Below, in pieces: positions 41,044-55,251 of a stretch of DNA of 64,000 nucleotides. How positions within the stretch are numbered: position 1 is the stretch's first letter; each line of letters starts with the position of its first letter. Made by a program: the position numbers and the translations under genes. A model generated the notes under the pieces. The model was not told where the DNA came from, ran no database searches, and worked only from the letters and a program-made list of their open reading frames with translations. Origin of the DNA: Syntrophorhabdaceae bacterium (GTDB lineage Bacteria > Desulfobacterota > Syntrophorhabdia > Syntrophorhabdales > Syntrophorhabdaceae); NCBI GenBank assembly GCA_963666485.2, contig CAXXUO010000009.1:384001-448000 (forward strand), given 5' to 3'.

Positions 41044-43512
41044 TCATCCGGGGACATCTTTCATTTTCGCGATCCGTCCTTCAATTGCTGACGGCTGGCG
41101 CTGAAAGATGACGGATAATGTTTTGATATCGCCGGTCTCTTTATGGAGCCTGAAAAGCAGGTCGTCTTCTTCCCTGCTCCATGGCTCAAATGCCCTTTTA
41201 TATGTCAACCTGATCTTCTGAATCTCCGGGTCAAGCGTGTCATCATTCAGTATTACCATCGGAAGGCTGCTTATCTCATCTATGGCATCCCGCGTTGTTT
41301 CAGGAGACAGGACCCTGTCTATCACCGGCGTATCGGACTCCGTCTCGCTATTCACCATTACTCCGGAACTGTCGCTACTAACCTCAGATCCCTGACCATG
41401 TTCGTATGTTTTCATGGTGACGTGGGCCTTGTAAGCCCAGACGGTAGGCGGAGATACCCCGACTGTTTCAGCGATCTGGCTGGAATTTAATCTACCTTCT
41501 GCCAGCAGTCGCAATATCTCGGACTTCTTATCCTCTTTTGAATTGCAATCCAAATCAGTTCGTGAAGCAAGTACCGCTTTGCCTATGATTAACCCGGCTT
41601 GCCCGCCTGGCACATTCTCTTTCTTTTCGATATTGTGCGTTTTCTTGTACTCTCTTACGATCTCAAGGAACATCTCCCCGTACTGCTCCAGTCTTTTGGC
41701 CCCCACACCATAAATGCCTTGCATCTCATCGATCGAGTCGGGCAGCACGGTCGCCAATTCTTCCAGGGTGCGGTTATGAAAAATGACATAAGCCGGGAGA
41801 GAGTTCTTTTGGGCCAATTCCAGCCTGAATGATTTCAACTGCTCGAGGAGTTCCGCGTGGCACTCTCCCTGTACAAGCCTGGCGCCCGCATCACGATCGG
41901 GAGGTTTTGATTTTGCCATATTCTGCTTCACCGGGATAAGGGGGTCCTTGCGCAGCAGGAATTGTTCATCCCCCGACAGGATCGGTTTACATTTCCCTGT
42001 CAGTTTCAAGCCGCCATGGTTGGCCATATCTACCCTGAGAAACCTGTTGGCAACCAGCTGCCTGAATACCGACTTCCACTCGAATGCCGACAATTCTTTT
42101 CCGGTGCCGTAGACTGTTAGCGTATTGTGCCTGAAGTTCCTGATCCGCTCCGTGTCTTTCCCGAGAAGCACGTCGATAAGGTAGTTGGTGCCGAACATCT
42201 GGCCCGTCCTGTACGCGCATGTCAGCGCTTTCCTCGCGATGGCCGTCCCGTCGACGGTTTCCGTGCCGTTCATGCATATATCGCAATTGCCGCACGGCTC
42301 ATGCAGCGTTTCACCGAAATATGCCAGGAGCACCTCCCTCCTGCAATGGCCGCTTTCGCAATAACCGAGCATGGCTTCCATTTTTCTGTATTGGATCCGT
42401 TTAAACTCCTCGCTTCCCTGGGAGTCATCTATCATTTGCTGGAGCATGACGATATCCGCCATGTCGTATACCATCCACGCGTCGGCAGGCTCACCGTCGC
42501 GCCCGGCCCGGCCCGTCTCCTGGTAATAATTCTCGAGCGTTTTTGGAAGGTTCAGGTGCGCCACGAACCGTATGTCCGGCTTGTTGATCCCCATGCCGAA
42601 GGCTATTGTCGCGACCATGACGATCCCGTCGTTCCGCAGGAAACGCTCCTGGTTCTGCACACGGGCATCCCGCGTCAAACCGGCATGGTACGGGAAGGCG
42701 GTTATATCGTTGTCTCTCAGGAATTCAGCGATCTCCTCCGTCTTCTTACGCGTCATGCAGTACACGATGCCGGACTGCCCGGGATGTTCATTCTTCAGGA
42801 AATTCAACAACTGGACCTTTTCCTTGTTCTTCACCTCCACCCTGTACGTAATGTTCGGGCGGTCCAGCCCTGAAATGAAATGTTTGGCATCTTGAAAATG
42901 GAGTTTTTCAATGATGTCCCGGCGGGTGAATTCATCCGCCGTTGCCGTCAGGGCAATGCGGGGGATGTCCGGAAAAAGTTCGTACAGTTCACCGAGCCGG
43001 AGATATTCCGGCCTGAAGTCGTGGCCCCATTGCGACACGCAGTGGACCTCGTCTATGGCGAAGAGAGATATCTTCATATTTTTCAGTAAATTCAGGAACG
43101 GCCCGGTCATGAGCCTTTCCGGGGCAACATAGAGAAGGTCAAGGTCCCCGTTGATCGCTGCCCGTTGAATAGCATACGCTTCGTTGCCGGCCAGCATTGA
43201 ATTCAGGAAACCCGCCCGTATCCCCAGCTGCGTGACCGCGTCGACCTGGTCCTGCATGAGGGCGATCAACGGCGAGATCACGATGCATGTCCCCGGGGAC
43301 ATCAAGGCCGGGACCTGGTAGCAGATCGATTTGCCGCTTCCCGTGGGCATCAGCGCAAAAACGTCCCGGCCGGACATCAGGGATTGGATTATGTCTTCCT
43401 GGTACGACCGAAAAGCATCGTACCCGAAGTATTTTCTCAAAATAGTGAGGGGCAGAAGATTATCGCTTTGCATATCCATAAAGATCCGGAACCGGCCGTC
43501 CTTTCCCGTCAT
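41044..43512 (-). CDS. recQ: DNA helicase RecQ with HRDC and extra C-terminal HTH modules
   Basis: MPTGSGKS, DEVHCVSQWGHDFRPEY, QETGRAGRDG, CRR..CGNCDIC, HRDC PAYVIFHNRTL. Confidence 0.95.
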   Translation of the reverse strand: MTGKDGRFRIFMDMQSDNLLPLTILRKYFGYDAFRSYQEDIIQSLMSGRDVFALMPTGSGKSICYQVPALMSPGTCIVISPLIALMQDQVDAVTQLGIRAGFLNSMLAGNEAYAIQRAAINGDLDLLYVAPERLMTGPFLNLLKNMKISLFAIDEVHCVSQWGHDFRPEYLRLGELYELFPDIPRIALTATADEFTRRDIIEKLHFQDAKHFISGLDRPNITYRVEVKNKEKVQLLNFLKNEHPGQSGIVYCMTRKKTEEIAEFLRDNDITAFPYHAGLTRDARVQNQERFLRNDGIVMVATIAFGMGINKPDIRFVAHLNLPKTLENYYQETGRAGRDGEPADAWMVYDMADIVMLQQMIDDSQGSEEFKRIQYRKMEAMLGYCESGHCRREVLLAYFGETLHEPCGNCDICMNGTETVDGTAIARKALTCAYRTGQMFGTNYLIDVLLGKDTERIRNFRHNTLTVYGTGKELSAFEWKSVFRQLVANRFLRVDMANHGGLKLTGKCKPILSGDEQFLLRKDPLIPVKQNMAKSKPPDRDAGARLVQGECHAELLEQLKSFRLELAQKNSLPAYVIFHNRTLEELATVLPDSIDEMQGIYGVGAKRLEQYGEMFLEIVREYKKTHNIEKKENVPGGQAGLIIGKAVLASRTDLDCNSKEDKKSEILRLLAEGRLNSSQIAETVGVSPPTVWAYKAHVTMKTYEHGQGSEVSSDSSGVMVNSETESDTPVIDRVLSPETTRDAIDEISSLPMVILNDDTLDPEIQKIRLTYKRAFEPWSREEDDLLFRLHKETGDIKTLSVIFQRQPSAIEGRIAKMKDVPG

Positions 43513-43655
43513 GTACGGTAATTTGTAAGAAAGATGGATTTACTTTTCCTAATCTACGCATAACGACGGAACTTTCGCAAGAAAACTGAATATGAATTTT
43601 GTTCGTTCGCAATGAATTAATTTCGGCCACCCAAGCAGGCGGCGTGGTTTCCCCG

Positions 43656-45503
43656 TTACGTCTTTGATGACTGCAAGGCTTTTGACAGGCTGCGGATCAG
43701 CGGCGTCTCTTTCATGTAGGGAATAAACAGGTTGTACCGCGCCCGGGTGAGGCCGACATATGTCAGGTTCCTGATATGTTCAGCCGCCATTTTTTGTTCG
43801 GTTAATTGATCGAGCCCGACGAGAAATACACAGGCATAGTCGAGGCCTTTCGCGCTGTAGATCGTCGATATGGTCACACTGTTGGTGGTGATGTCATACG
43901 ATCTCTTTGACCTGTAATCTTCAGAGGCCCACTCAGACATTATTCCCCGCATATCGAGCGCGCCGGTCAATTCGTGTACCAGGTTCGTGTCCCGGCCGTC
44001 CAATGTTACATTTTTGGAAACATAGAGAATGGCGATCTCGGAAAATGAAAAGCCCTCCTTCATCGTAAGCGATTCAATTTTATTGGCGATGTAGGTTATT
44101 AAATCGGAAGGGCCTTTGAGCTTTTTTATAACGGGTTTTGGCCCATGGGATTCAAGCAGATCAGGCGCGAAAAGCATTTCCGGGGTATTTTCACAAATCA
44201 CCGGTTCTGCGCAATCCATCATGAACGACCTGACAAATTCGGTGATCTCCTTCGTGTTGCGATATACCGCGGTCAGATTCCTGACTTTGCCCAGCTTGAG
44301 AATGCCGGCGCCCTTGTTCCGGTAGATGATCTGTGACGGGTCTATTGCGATCGTCAGGCTGTCGGTAGCCGGGTTGAGAAGGCCCAGAAGGACCCTGTAC
44401 ATGTCTTCGTTGAAATCCTGACCTTCGTCTACCAGGATCGCATCGTATTTCAGGCTCGTTTCCGGTATCTTGTCAAGCGTCAACTGAACGACCGTATCGT
44501 AATAATCCGACTCCTCTTTTTCATAATGGACCGTTTCTCCGGTTATCCTGGCGCACAATTCAAAGAAGTGGTACACCTCTACGCCCTGAGGGCCCATGGA
44601 GACATGTTTCTCTGCGAGAAGCCTTTTTATGTAATGTGCCAGCGTGATGTTGAAGCAAACAAAAAGGATCGACTTTATGGCCGGGTTATACTTCTTCAGG
44701 AAGACCGCCTTATGGATCAGGACGAGCGTCTTGCCGCTGCCGGACGGGCCGGATATGATGCGGTGTCCCGGGTCAAACTGGCGGGCAAGCGTCTCCTGAC
44801 GGTGGTCCAGCATGGCAACGTATTCGACATGTTTCTGATATTTCTCCGAAGGCCCCCGGAACGGCAGAACGATCTTTACCGATGGGAAAATAAGGTATTT
44901 GAGATGTTCGATATCGGCCGCGGTCAGGGACACGTGAAATATCGGGGTGAACATCCGGGCGATGGCGCTGGTAAATTCAGTGCCCGATGTGTCCTCGCAT
45001 ATCGGGGAATATGTGCTCAGGTCGCCTTCGAAAAATATCTTGTTTGACGATATTACCCCGCGAAGCTTTTCTTCAAAATCATCTCTGAAAATATTCGGAA
45101 AGACGACCCCGCGGTCCAAAGGGATTTTTGGCTTTCCGGAATATTCCGGATCGGCCGATACAAGCCTCCTGTCACCTTTGATCTTATCCATCAAGCTATT
45201 GATGTACCGTTTTGCCTGTTTGTAGGGATTGGTCCTTTTTTCAACGTGGTTGCCATTGACGATGCTGAAATGTTCCGAATCCGCCCCTTCGATCTGGTCT
45301 ATAACCCAGTCTTTCACTTCGAAAATTATCAGACCTACATCCGGGGAAAAAAGGATGAAATCCGGCTCGTTGTCATTTATCTCGGGAGTATACCAAACAA
45401 TGTAGCGACTGTCGGGCTTGGCATATAATCGAAGAAAATTATAGAAAGTCTCTTCGCCCGGCGTGTTGAACTGCTCAATATCGGAGGGGATCATAAGCGC
45501 CAT
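43656..45503 (-). CDS. NERD nuclease + UvrD-like SF1 helicase
   Basis: EPDFILF...IFEVKDW, NPYKQA; GPSGSGKT, VDEGQDF, TIYSAKGLD, YVGLTRAR. Confidence 0.85.
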   Translation of the reverse strand: MALMIPSDIEQFNTPGEETFYNFLRLYAKPDSRYIVWYTPEINDNEPDFILFSPDVGLIIFEVKDWVIDQIEGADSEHFSIVNGNHVEKRTNPYKQAKRYINSLMDKIKGDRRLVSADPEYSGKPKIPLDRGVVFPNIFRDDFEEKLRGVISSNKIFFEGDLSTYSPICEDTSGTEFTSAIARMFTPIFHVSLTAADIEHLKYLIFPSVKIVLPFRGPSEKYQKHVEYVAMLDHRQETLARQFDPGHRIISGPSGSGKTLVLIHKAVFLKKYNPAIKSILFVCFNITLAHYIKRLLAEKHVSMGPQGVEVYHFFELCARITGETVHYEKEESDYYDTVVQLTLDKIPETSLKYDAILVDEGQDFNEDMYRVLLGLLNPATDSLTIAIDPSQIIYRNKGAGILKLGKVRNLTAVYRNTKEITEFVRSFMMDCAEPVICENTPEMLFAPDLLESHGPKPVIKKLKGPSDLITYIANKIESLTMKEGFSFSEIAILYVSKNVTLDGRDTNLVHELTGALDMRGIMSEWASEDYRSKRSYDITTNSVTISTIYSAKGLDYACVFLVGLDQLTEQKMAAEHIRNLTYVGLTRARYNLFIPYMKETPLIRSLSKALQSSKT

Positions 45504-45521
45504 GAAATAGCCTCGCTATTT

Positions 45522-48500
45522 TTATTGTGCCCTGTATATCGTCAAATCACAACTGTTTCCGCCACGCAGGAAATTCAAAGTAATTTCGGTCTTTTCTCCG
45601 CGGCGGGTGCAGAAATCGAGGAGCGCGTGCATGTGTTCCAGGCCTTTCACCGCCTCCGGGTTCTGGAGGACGTCGAATGAAGGTTCGAGAAGGGGGCGGG
45701 GGAGGAAGACGATGCATTTTGACCGGGCGCGGCTCACGGACACGTTGATGCGGTTGAGGCTGTAAATGAACTCCGCCTCGCCCAGCGCCGTCTCGACATC
45801 GCTCACCCCGTAGCTGACAATGACGCAGTAGCTTTGCTGTCCCTGCATCTTATCCACGGTATCGACGAAGGACGGGCTTTCCCATCGCCGGGCCAGGGAG
45901 AGTTCATGCCGGATAGCGCGGATCTGCGCGTGGTGGGGACTGACGATGAAGAGCCCCCTGCGCCAGAATTCGGTGTCGCCGTCCCGGGTATCAGCATAGG
46001 CAGTGCCCGTATCGGGATTTATGAGACGCTCGCGAAGGTATTGAGTTATTTTGGCGACGAGCTCGGCCTCCGCCTGGTTCTCGACCGTCGCCCGGATACC
46101 CTCGAGGATGCACAGTGTCATGGGGTATTCGGGGGCAGTGATCCATTCGCAGAGTTTTTTCTCGTCGGGAGTTAAACCTCGTACGGGTTTATCACGCAAC
46201 GCCGCGCGCTGCACTTTTATGGACCCGGTGGCAGGCTGATACTCCGGGCCGTACAGTGTTTCGGCCGGGAAATCCGAGAGCGTCTGGTTCATGCGCCAGT
46301 TATCGGTCAATTGCTGCGTATACGGCTTCTCCCCGTCGTCGCGCGCGCGAAGATAGGCGAAGATCGAGCTGTCAAGGCCCGGCAGCCCGTCTTCCGGTTC
46401 GGGGTAGACGCCTTTCATGATGGGCGGCAGCTGGAGGTCGTCGCCGGCAAGGACCAGCTTTCCTCGCGGGGCAAGGACCTTCAGTGCCATAGCCAGCTCG
46501 CCGAACTTCATCTGTGATGCCTCGTCGACGACGAGCAGAGGGAAATCCCCCGTGATCTTCGTCTTGAACAGGCTGTATACGGTCCCGCCGATGACGCACA
46601 CATCGCTTGAAATGTCTGCCGCCTGGACCTCGGGAATGGAGTCGATATCTTCAGCCCGTGAGGTCGCGATGTGTTTCAGCTTGAAGATATCCGGGCCGCC
46701 TTCGATACCGAAGAGGGCCGCGTGGTCGCGGATCTCGACAAGCAGGTTCTCGACCGCCGCGTGCGTGAACGCGGTCACCGCTGCCCGAAAGGGCTTCCCG
46801 CTGTCTTGCGCAGCCTTTGCCATGCTGAGGACCGCCTTGGCGAGAAAATGCGTCTTGCCCGTGCCGGGAGGGCCCCAGATAAGTGTAAGCCTGTTCTTCA
46901 GCACATGGTTGAACGCCGATTCCTGGCTCCGGGTGAAGCCGGCGGCGGACCCGGCAACCCTCAGCGAGCGTACGGCATTGTCGCTGAGAAGGGATGTTTC
47001 ATGCGCAAATTGGTGCGGCGTCCTGATGAGCGAAAGGAAATCCCTGTCACCCGAGCGGTCCAATTCGCCGAGGTTGCCGATTATCCTGTCGACATTGGCA
47101 TCCGTGAACCGCGGATGCAGAACGGCCTCGTGGCCGCGCTCAAGCCGGGAATGCCTTTTGGACTCTTTGAGATCGAGGGAAAGATGGGTGACCTTGCCCG
47201 TCTGCGGATCGATCTGACGCCCTGTTATCCGGGCGAGCCGGACATTGTCGTCGGCGGGCGACCAAAAAGCCTTTCTGTGCCTGTAATCGTCGTATCCCAT
47301 CTGGGAGCGTTCCCCATTTCGTCCCGCGGGGACGAGAATGAACGAGAAGAAGTCACCGGCCTCCTCGATAACGCTGGCATCGAGGTCCGACTCCACCTGC
47401 CAGCTGTCAAAACCCTGTTTCTTGAGCGGTATGCTTGTCCCTTCCCTGACCCTTTCCGGCCATGGCAGCCCGCGCTGCTCACGGACATCGAGGGCGCCAA
47501 GGAGTGATTCATACCGCGCTATGAACGCGAGGCGGGACAACTCCGGGTTCACGAAATCAAGCGGGTCGGGGAATTTGAACTTCGTCGGCCACGCCAGCAG
47601 GCAATCCTGCACCTTTTCCCTCAAACCGTCAAGGACGAGCCCCGTTGCGTACAGGCGACGCGAGATCTCGCTCCGTATCCAGTCGAGGGCCTCCAGCCTG
47701 TTCTTCGTCCATGCGAGGAATATCGGGTCGCTCTTGAGGACGTTGCTGAGCTCGAACCAGAACATCTTGTTCGGCTCCAGCGTGTAATCGGACGCCGAAG
47801 GCGGGAGGACCTTGAGGACGTCGGGCAGGCGAAGTGACAGAGGCACGGGAAGCGCCAGAAGCTGGCGGATGACGCTTGTCATCACGATAACGGGGAAAGG
47901 GACATCATCCCTCGGATGCTCGTCGGCCTCCGCAAGTGTGGTGTCCTGAAAATGGAACAGGAGCTGGACAGCTATCTCGGACAGCTCCGGATCGGTTAAC
48001 GATTCCTTCAGCAGCCGGTTGAACAGGCTCAGTTCATAGGTGTCAAAGACATAGCTCTGCATCGACTTCTGCCCGGCCCAATCGTCTTTGCCCTCATTGT
48101 ATGCGTGGAGCACGGAAAGCTCGCGGAAAAGCGCCTTGAGGAAATCTTTACGGACGGAATCGCAATCGTCCGGTCTTTTCGCCAGGAATATCTCCTCATG
48201 CATCCCGTCACCAAAGATGTCCTTGCCCTTCAGCCTCCTGAATGCCGCCGCATAGACCCTTCCGGTGACCGGGTCTTCCTGGATGGTCATAAAGATCGCC
48301 ACATTTTCCATGACGGGCAATGACACGGTAAAACCGCCGTGACACAACACCTCCCCGTTCTTCAGAGCGGAAACGGCGTTCCGCAAGCGGTCCCCTTTCG
48401 ACCTCAACGAGCCGCAGGCATCGAGGCACGCATCGGACGCATCCTCTTTGAGGAAATCCTCGAGATCGTCGAGCGTGTTTATCGGCTCCGTCCCGCCCCA

Positions 48501-49312
48501 GGGCACCTCCCGGAGGTATGTCCTGCCCCCGATCGACAGGTACGGGATGAGCGAGATCGACCCCTTCTCGTCCGCCTCTTTTCTGCAATGCTCATAAAAC
48601 TCACACCACTCACACCGGAAGAAGAGGTGCCAGGACAGCTCATCGATCGGCGCCGTCAGGACCTTTCCGAGCTTTTCCCGGAGGAAATCCTCGATGGTGA
48701 GAAGACTGAACCTGAGGTCAAACCATTCCGGTTCCGGGTCACCATAAAGCCAGACCCCGCCGGTCCCGAGATCGAGGGGCAGATCGAGCCCGTTTGCCCG
48801 GGCAACATCCCGCAGTATGAGCGTGTAGGTGGCGACCTGGATCCGGTGGGATACCTTGAGCTCGGTGCTCGCCTTGATATCGATGACCTTCAGACGTGCA
48901 TCCCCGTTGTCCCCATGCATCTGGACCAGGTCCGGCCGGCAGGGCGGGAACTCGCAGAGATCGGACGCAATGCCGTAGCGTTTCAGAAAGATGTCCGGGA
49001 TCTGGAGGGTCGGCTGGTAAATTGCCTCCCCCGGCCTCAATGCGGGCAGGATGGCGAGAGTCTCGCCGACATCGTGAGCCCTCTCATGGACCTTCCCTTT
49101 TCCCCTCGCGACCCTTACCCGGTCCTTCAGCCTTTTCTCGATTATCTCCCTTTCCCAGGTGAACCCGCCCTCAAGTATCGCGGCCCTGACCGGGCTCGTA
49201 TCCCACGGGATGTCGGGCACCCCGTCCGCTTTCCTGCGGTCCTTCGGGGTGGCGTGATACCGCAAGTACCTTTCGCATTCGTGGTAAAAATACCGGGCTA
49301 TTCTCGACGGGC

Positions 49313-49331
<19 letters not shown>
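45522..49331 (-). CDS. Cas4/RecB-like Fe-S nuclease + degenerate RNase H + DNA2/Upf1-type SF1B helicase
   Basis: ECERYL, RPDLV..VIDIK, Q...Y, CEWCEFYEHC; WGPPGTGKT, VDEASQ, GDDLQLPP, TVDKMQGQ, NRINVSVSRAR. Confidence 0.85.
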
Positions 49332-52063
<2,732 letters not shown>

Positions 52064-52295
52064 GATGACCCTGTTTCACTCATTTAAGTAATGAAGTATT
52101 GCCATCAGGACCTCCCCCGGGTCCCGCTCTAAGGCCAATAATAGCAATAAGTAAAACAAATACTGACAATACATTTTGTATCCCGTTGACACCGAAAGCG
52201 CAAGCAAAAAGACTGTACGCGGACTCCCTCCCCAAGCATCATCCCCAATCCAACCCATGCGAACCTGCTTTTCACGTGGAACGTGGAACGTTCTT

Positions 52296-52763
52296 TTACG
52301 ACACCTGCGCCGTCGGCATCACCTCGACAATGCCGTCTTCCGCGTAAAAATCGAACTCGGAAGACTTCCTCATTTCGTCATGGTCTCTGTGTATGTCGTC
52401 CATGAAGATACCGAAGGCCCTTTTTTCGTAGGAGGCCGCAAATACCGCGCACATGTTCAGGTTCGGCCTTTCCCCGTCGACATTCGTGTAGAAGGCGCTG
52501 ACAAGGGACCTTCTGCTGAAATCGTTGATTATTTTCAGATAATCAGAAGCATAGTTCACAGCATTTTGCCCCATGCAATATGCGATCGAAACGCCGACCC
52601 CGACGAACCTTTTGAAGACCCAGAGTGACGGCCTGTGGTGGTGAGTTGCATAGAGGCCATGTTCGTCATCCTCACTGCCCGTATACCTGACCTCATAGCC
52701 CAGGTATTCGAGGTGCGCCAAAAAATACTGAAATTCGTTCCCCTTCTCGTCCTTTTTCGCCAT
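52296..52763 (-). CDS. Hypothetical protein, possible YbjN / type III chaperone fold
   Basis: 155 aa alpha/beta pattern (LEYLGY, LKIINDF, F..FM.D); G-rich RBS. Confidence 0.55.
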   Translation of the reverse strand: MAKKDEKGNEFQYFLAHLEYLGYEVRYTGSEDDEHGLYATHHHRPSLWVFKRFVGVGVSIAYCMGQNAVNYASDYLKIINDFSRRSLVSAFYTNVDGERPNLNMCAVFAASYEKRAFGIFMDDIHRDHDEMRKSSEFDFYAEDGIVEVMPTAQVS

Positions 52764-52793
52764 CTTCCCCCCCCTTTTTTCTGAGATACCAAT

Positions 52794-52826
52794 ATACTAT
52801 CACCGGCCGATGACAACACCATGTCA
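52794..52826 (-). promoter_or_regulatory. WYL-box + extended -10 upstream of the YbjN-like/helicase run
   Basis: Minus strand TGACA-tggtgt-TGTCA-N11-TAGTAT with TG extension. Confidence 0.75.
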
Positions 52827-53035
52827 CCCCGCAAACCCCTGTATTTTCAGGCGCGGAAGCCGGCCTTTCCCCATCGTTGTCCCGGCGCCGGACCTTCAAT
52901 TCCGCGAAGATAAAAACGCGTCACCGCCGTACAGTAGCCAACCCCGAAAGCCGGGTAGAGATTAGCGGAAGCAAAAAACCGGGAATGTGGTATTCTTTTT
53001 AGAGTAGCTTGTTTAAAAAAGGGGGAGGATGAACA

Positions 53036-54293
53036 ATGAGGAGAAGAATCGTTAGTGTGCTTTTAGTCGTATTCCTTGTCGTCCTGACGGTTGTACTGCT
53101 CAAGGTCCTTCCGCTCGCGGCGCCTGCCGCCCAGGGCGGCAATTATGACCCTGCCGTATGGGGAAAGGAATTCCCCCTCGAGTACAAGAGCTACCTCAAG
53201 AATTTTGAAATGGCACCCTCGCCCACAGGCTTTGGGGGCAATGAGCAAATCCAGAAATCCGTCAAGGAACCGGAGCTGCTCGCCAACTTCAAGGGGATGC
53301 CGTTCAGCATTGACTATGCTTACCGCCGCGGGCACCCGTATGCCCTTACGGACCTCAAGGAATCGAAACGGGTCAATAAACAGACGCTCGGCGGCTGCAT
53401 GACCTGCAAATCGGCAGACCTTATCGATATCTACAAGGACATGGGGGACGGTTACGCAAAGACGCCGCTCACCGAGCTTATGCCGAGGATGAGCCATTCC
53501 ATCACGTGCGCCAACTGCCATGAGGAGAAGACCATGAAGCTGCGCGTGGTCGTTCCCGCGTTCCTGCAGGCGTTGGAAAGGAGAAAGATAGACATCAAGA
53601 AGGCCTCCCGCCAGGACATGCGGGCTTATGTCTGCGGCCAGTGCCATTCAACATACTTTATCGAGCCCCAGGGAAAACGGGTGGTATTCCCGTGGGACAA
53701 AGGGTTATCGCCCGAGGAGATGTATTCCTTTTACCAGACAAAGCCCTTCGGGTTCGAGCAGGATTGGGTGCACCCGGTTTCCAAGGTCAAGGCACTCAAG
53801 GCGCGGCACCCCGATTACGAGACATGGAGCACCGGGGACCCACGGGCTTTCCGGGGTCACCTGCGTCGATTGCCACATGCCCCGTATGAAGGAAGGGGAT
53901 AAGACATACACGTCCCACTGGGTGACGAGCCCCATGAAAAGGATCGAGGATTCGTGCGGCCCCTGCCACAATCAGAGCAGCAAGTGGCTCCTCACCCGGG
54001 TCAAAACGATCCAGGGAAATACTTTCCAGCTTCAGCGGATCGCAGGGCAGACCATCGCGAGGGCGCATGACGTTATAGGAAAGGTCTCCCAGGTCAAAAA
54101 TGTGGATCCGGCGCAACTCGACCAGTCGAGGGAAATGCTCCGGAAGGCCCAGATCTTCTGGGACCTTGTAGCAGCGGAAAACGGGGTCGGCTTTCACAAT
54201 TCGTCCCAGTGCGAGAATACGTTAGGCCAGGCAATCGATCTCGCCCACAGGTCCATCGCCACCGCGAACAGGGCTGCAGGGACAAACTTCTGA
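53036..54293 (+). CDS. nrfA: Pentaheme cytochrome c nitrite reductase (frameshift at G4 run 53834-53837)
   Basis: CMTCK (CxxCK), CANCH, CGQCH, then CVDCH, CGPCH in the shifted frame; RGH, LKARHP, AENGVGFHN. Confidence 0.9.
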
Positions 54294-54561
54294 GCATGTT
54301 TTCCGTGAGGCCGAAAAGGAACCCGTCCAGCTGCCTGCGCATCTGCCGGGTGGTTTCCCTGATCGGCGAATATTCCCGGCCCTGAGGAAGTGACGCGAAC
54401 CCGTACTCCTGAGATCATAGCCTGTCACAGGCACGCCGGCCTACCTCCTGCAAGCCGTCCGCTGTTCCCCATCTTTCCTGTGGCGGATTACCGCAAAAAG
54501 TGTTAGTACATACGAACAGGATGCACATCACTACACTATCCAACAGAAAAGGAGATGCGCT

Positions 54562-55050
54562 ATGAAACTCGTCACGATCCTTGTTTTACTCATCGCCGTG
54601 TTCCTCGTCACACCGGCCTTCGCACAGAATGCCCCCGCCGCGGACAAACCGGCGGACAATATGGAGCTTCTCAAGGCCAAGATCAAAGCAGACAAAAAAT
54701 TTATCGTAGGTCAGAACATGGAGCTCACCGAGGCCGAGGCGAAGAATTTCTGGCCGGTTTACGAAGCATACCAGAAAGACCTGGACGCCCTTGATAAGAG
54801 GGTCGGGGCCATGATCAAATCCTATGCCGACGCCTGGAACGCGAAGACCATGGACAACGTAAAGGCAAAAAAGATGATTGATGAGATGCTGGCCATCAAG
54901 GCAGACGACGTGAAGCTGATGAAATCCTACGTGCCGAAACTCAGCAAGGTATTGCCGGCCCTGAAGGTTGCCCGCTACCTGCAGATCGAGAACAAGATCC
55001 GCGCGATCAGCAATTATGAACTGGCCGGAGCAGTGCCTCTTATCCCCTGA
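54562..55050 (+). CDS. Conserved exported helical protein
   Basis: Signal peptide ..PAFA; LTEAEAKNFWPVYEAYQ, KVARYLQIENK. Confidence 0.75.
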   Translation: MKLVTILVLLIAVFLVTPAFAQNAPAADKPADNMELLKAKIKADKKFIVGQNMELTEAEAKNFWPVYEAYQKDLDALDKRVGAMIKSYADAWNAKTMDNVKAKKMIDEMLAIKADDVKLMKSYVPKLSKVLPALKVARYLQIENKIRAISNYELAGAVPLIP

Positions 55051-55073
55051 TCACCCGAACGTATAGATAAAAC

Positions 55074-55098
55074 GGGCCCTCACATCACATGAGGGCCC
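55074..55098 (+). terminator. Hairpin after the 54562 gene
   Basis: GGGCCCTCA-loop-TGAGGGCCC. Confidence 0.55.
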
Positions 55099-55173
55099 AT
55101 CTACGCTTTTCACTCGCTAGCAGACCCATCCCGCGGGCCCGAACACAATGCTATCGTTCCCATAATACTTCAT

Positions 55174-55202
55174 TTGACAGGTTTATGTATCTAATATAAC
55201 AT
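55174..55202 (+). promoter_or_regulatory. Sigma-70 promoter of the hybrid kinase
   Basis: TTGACA-17-TAACAT. Confidence 0.6.
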
Positions 55203-55251
55203 TGATAATGATCTTATATATCTCTGGCTGAATGGCGCCTTTGGGGGAGAG

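Noticed and set aside
52153..52179. Single TGTCA half-site upstream of the UvrD-nuclease
   Set aside because: No partner half-site and no correctly spaced -10
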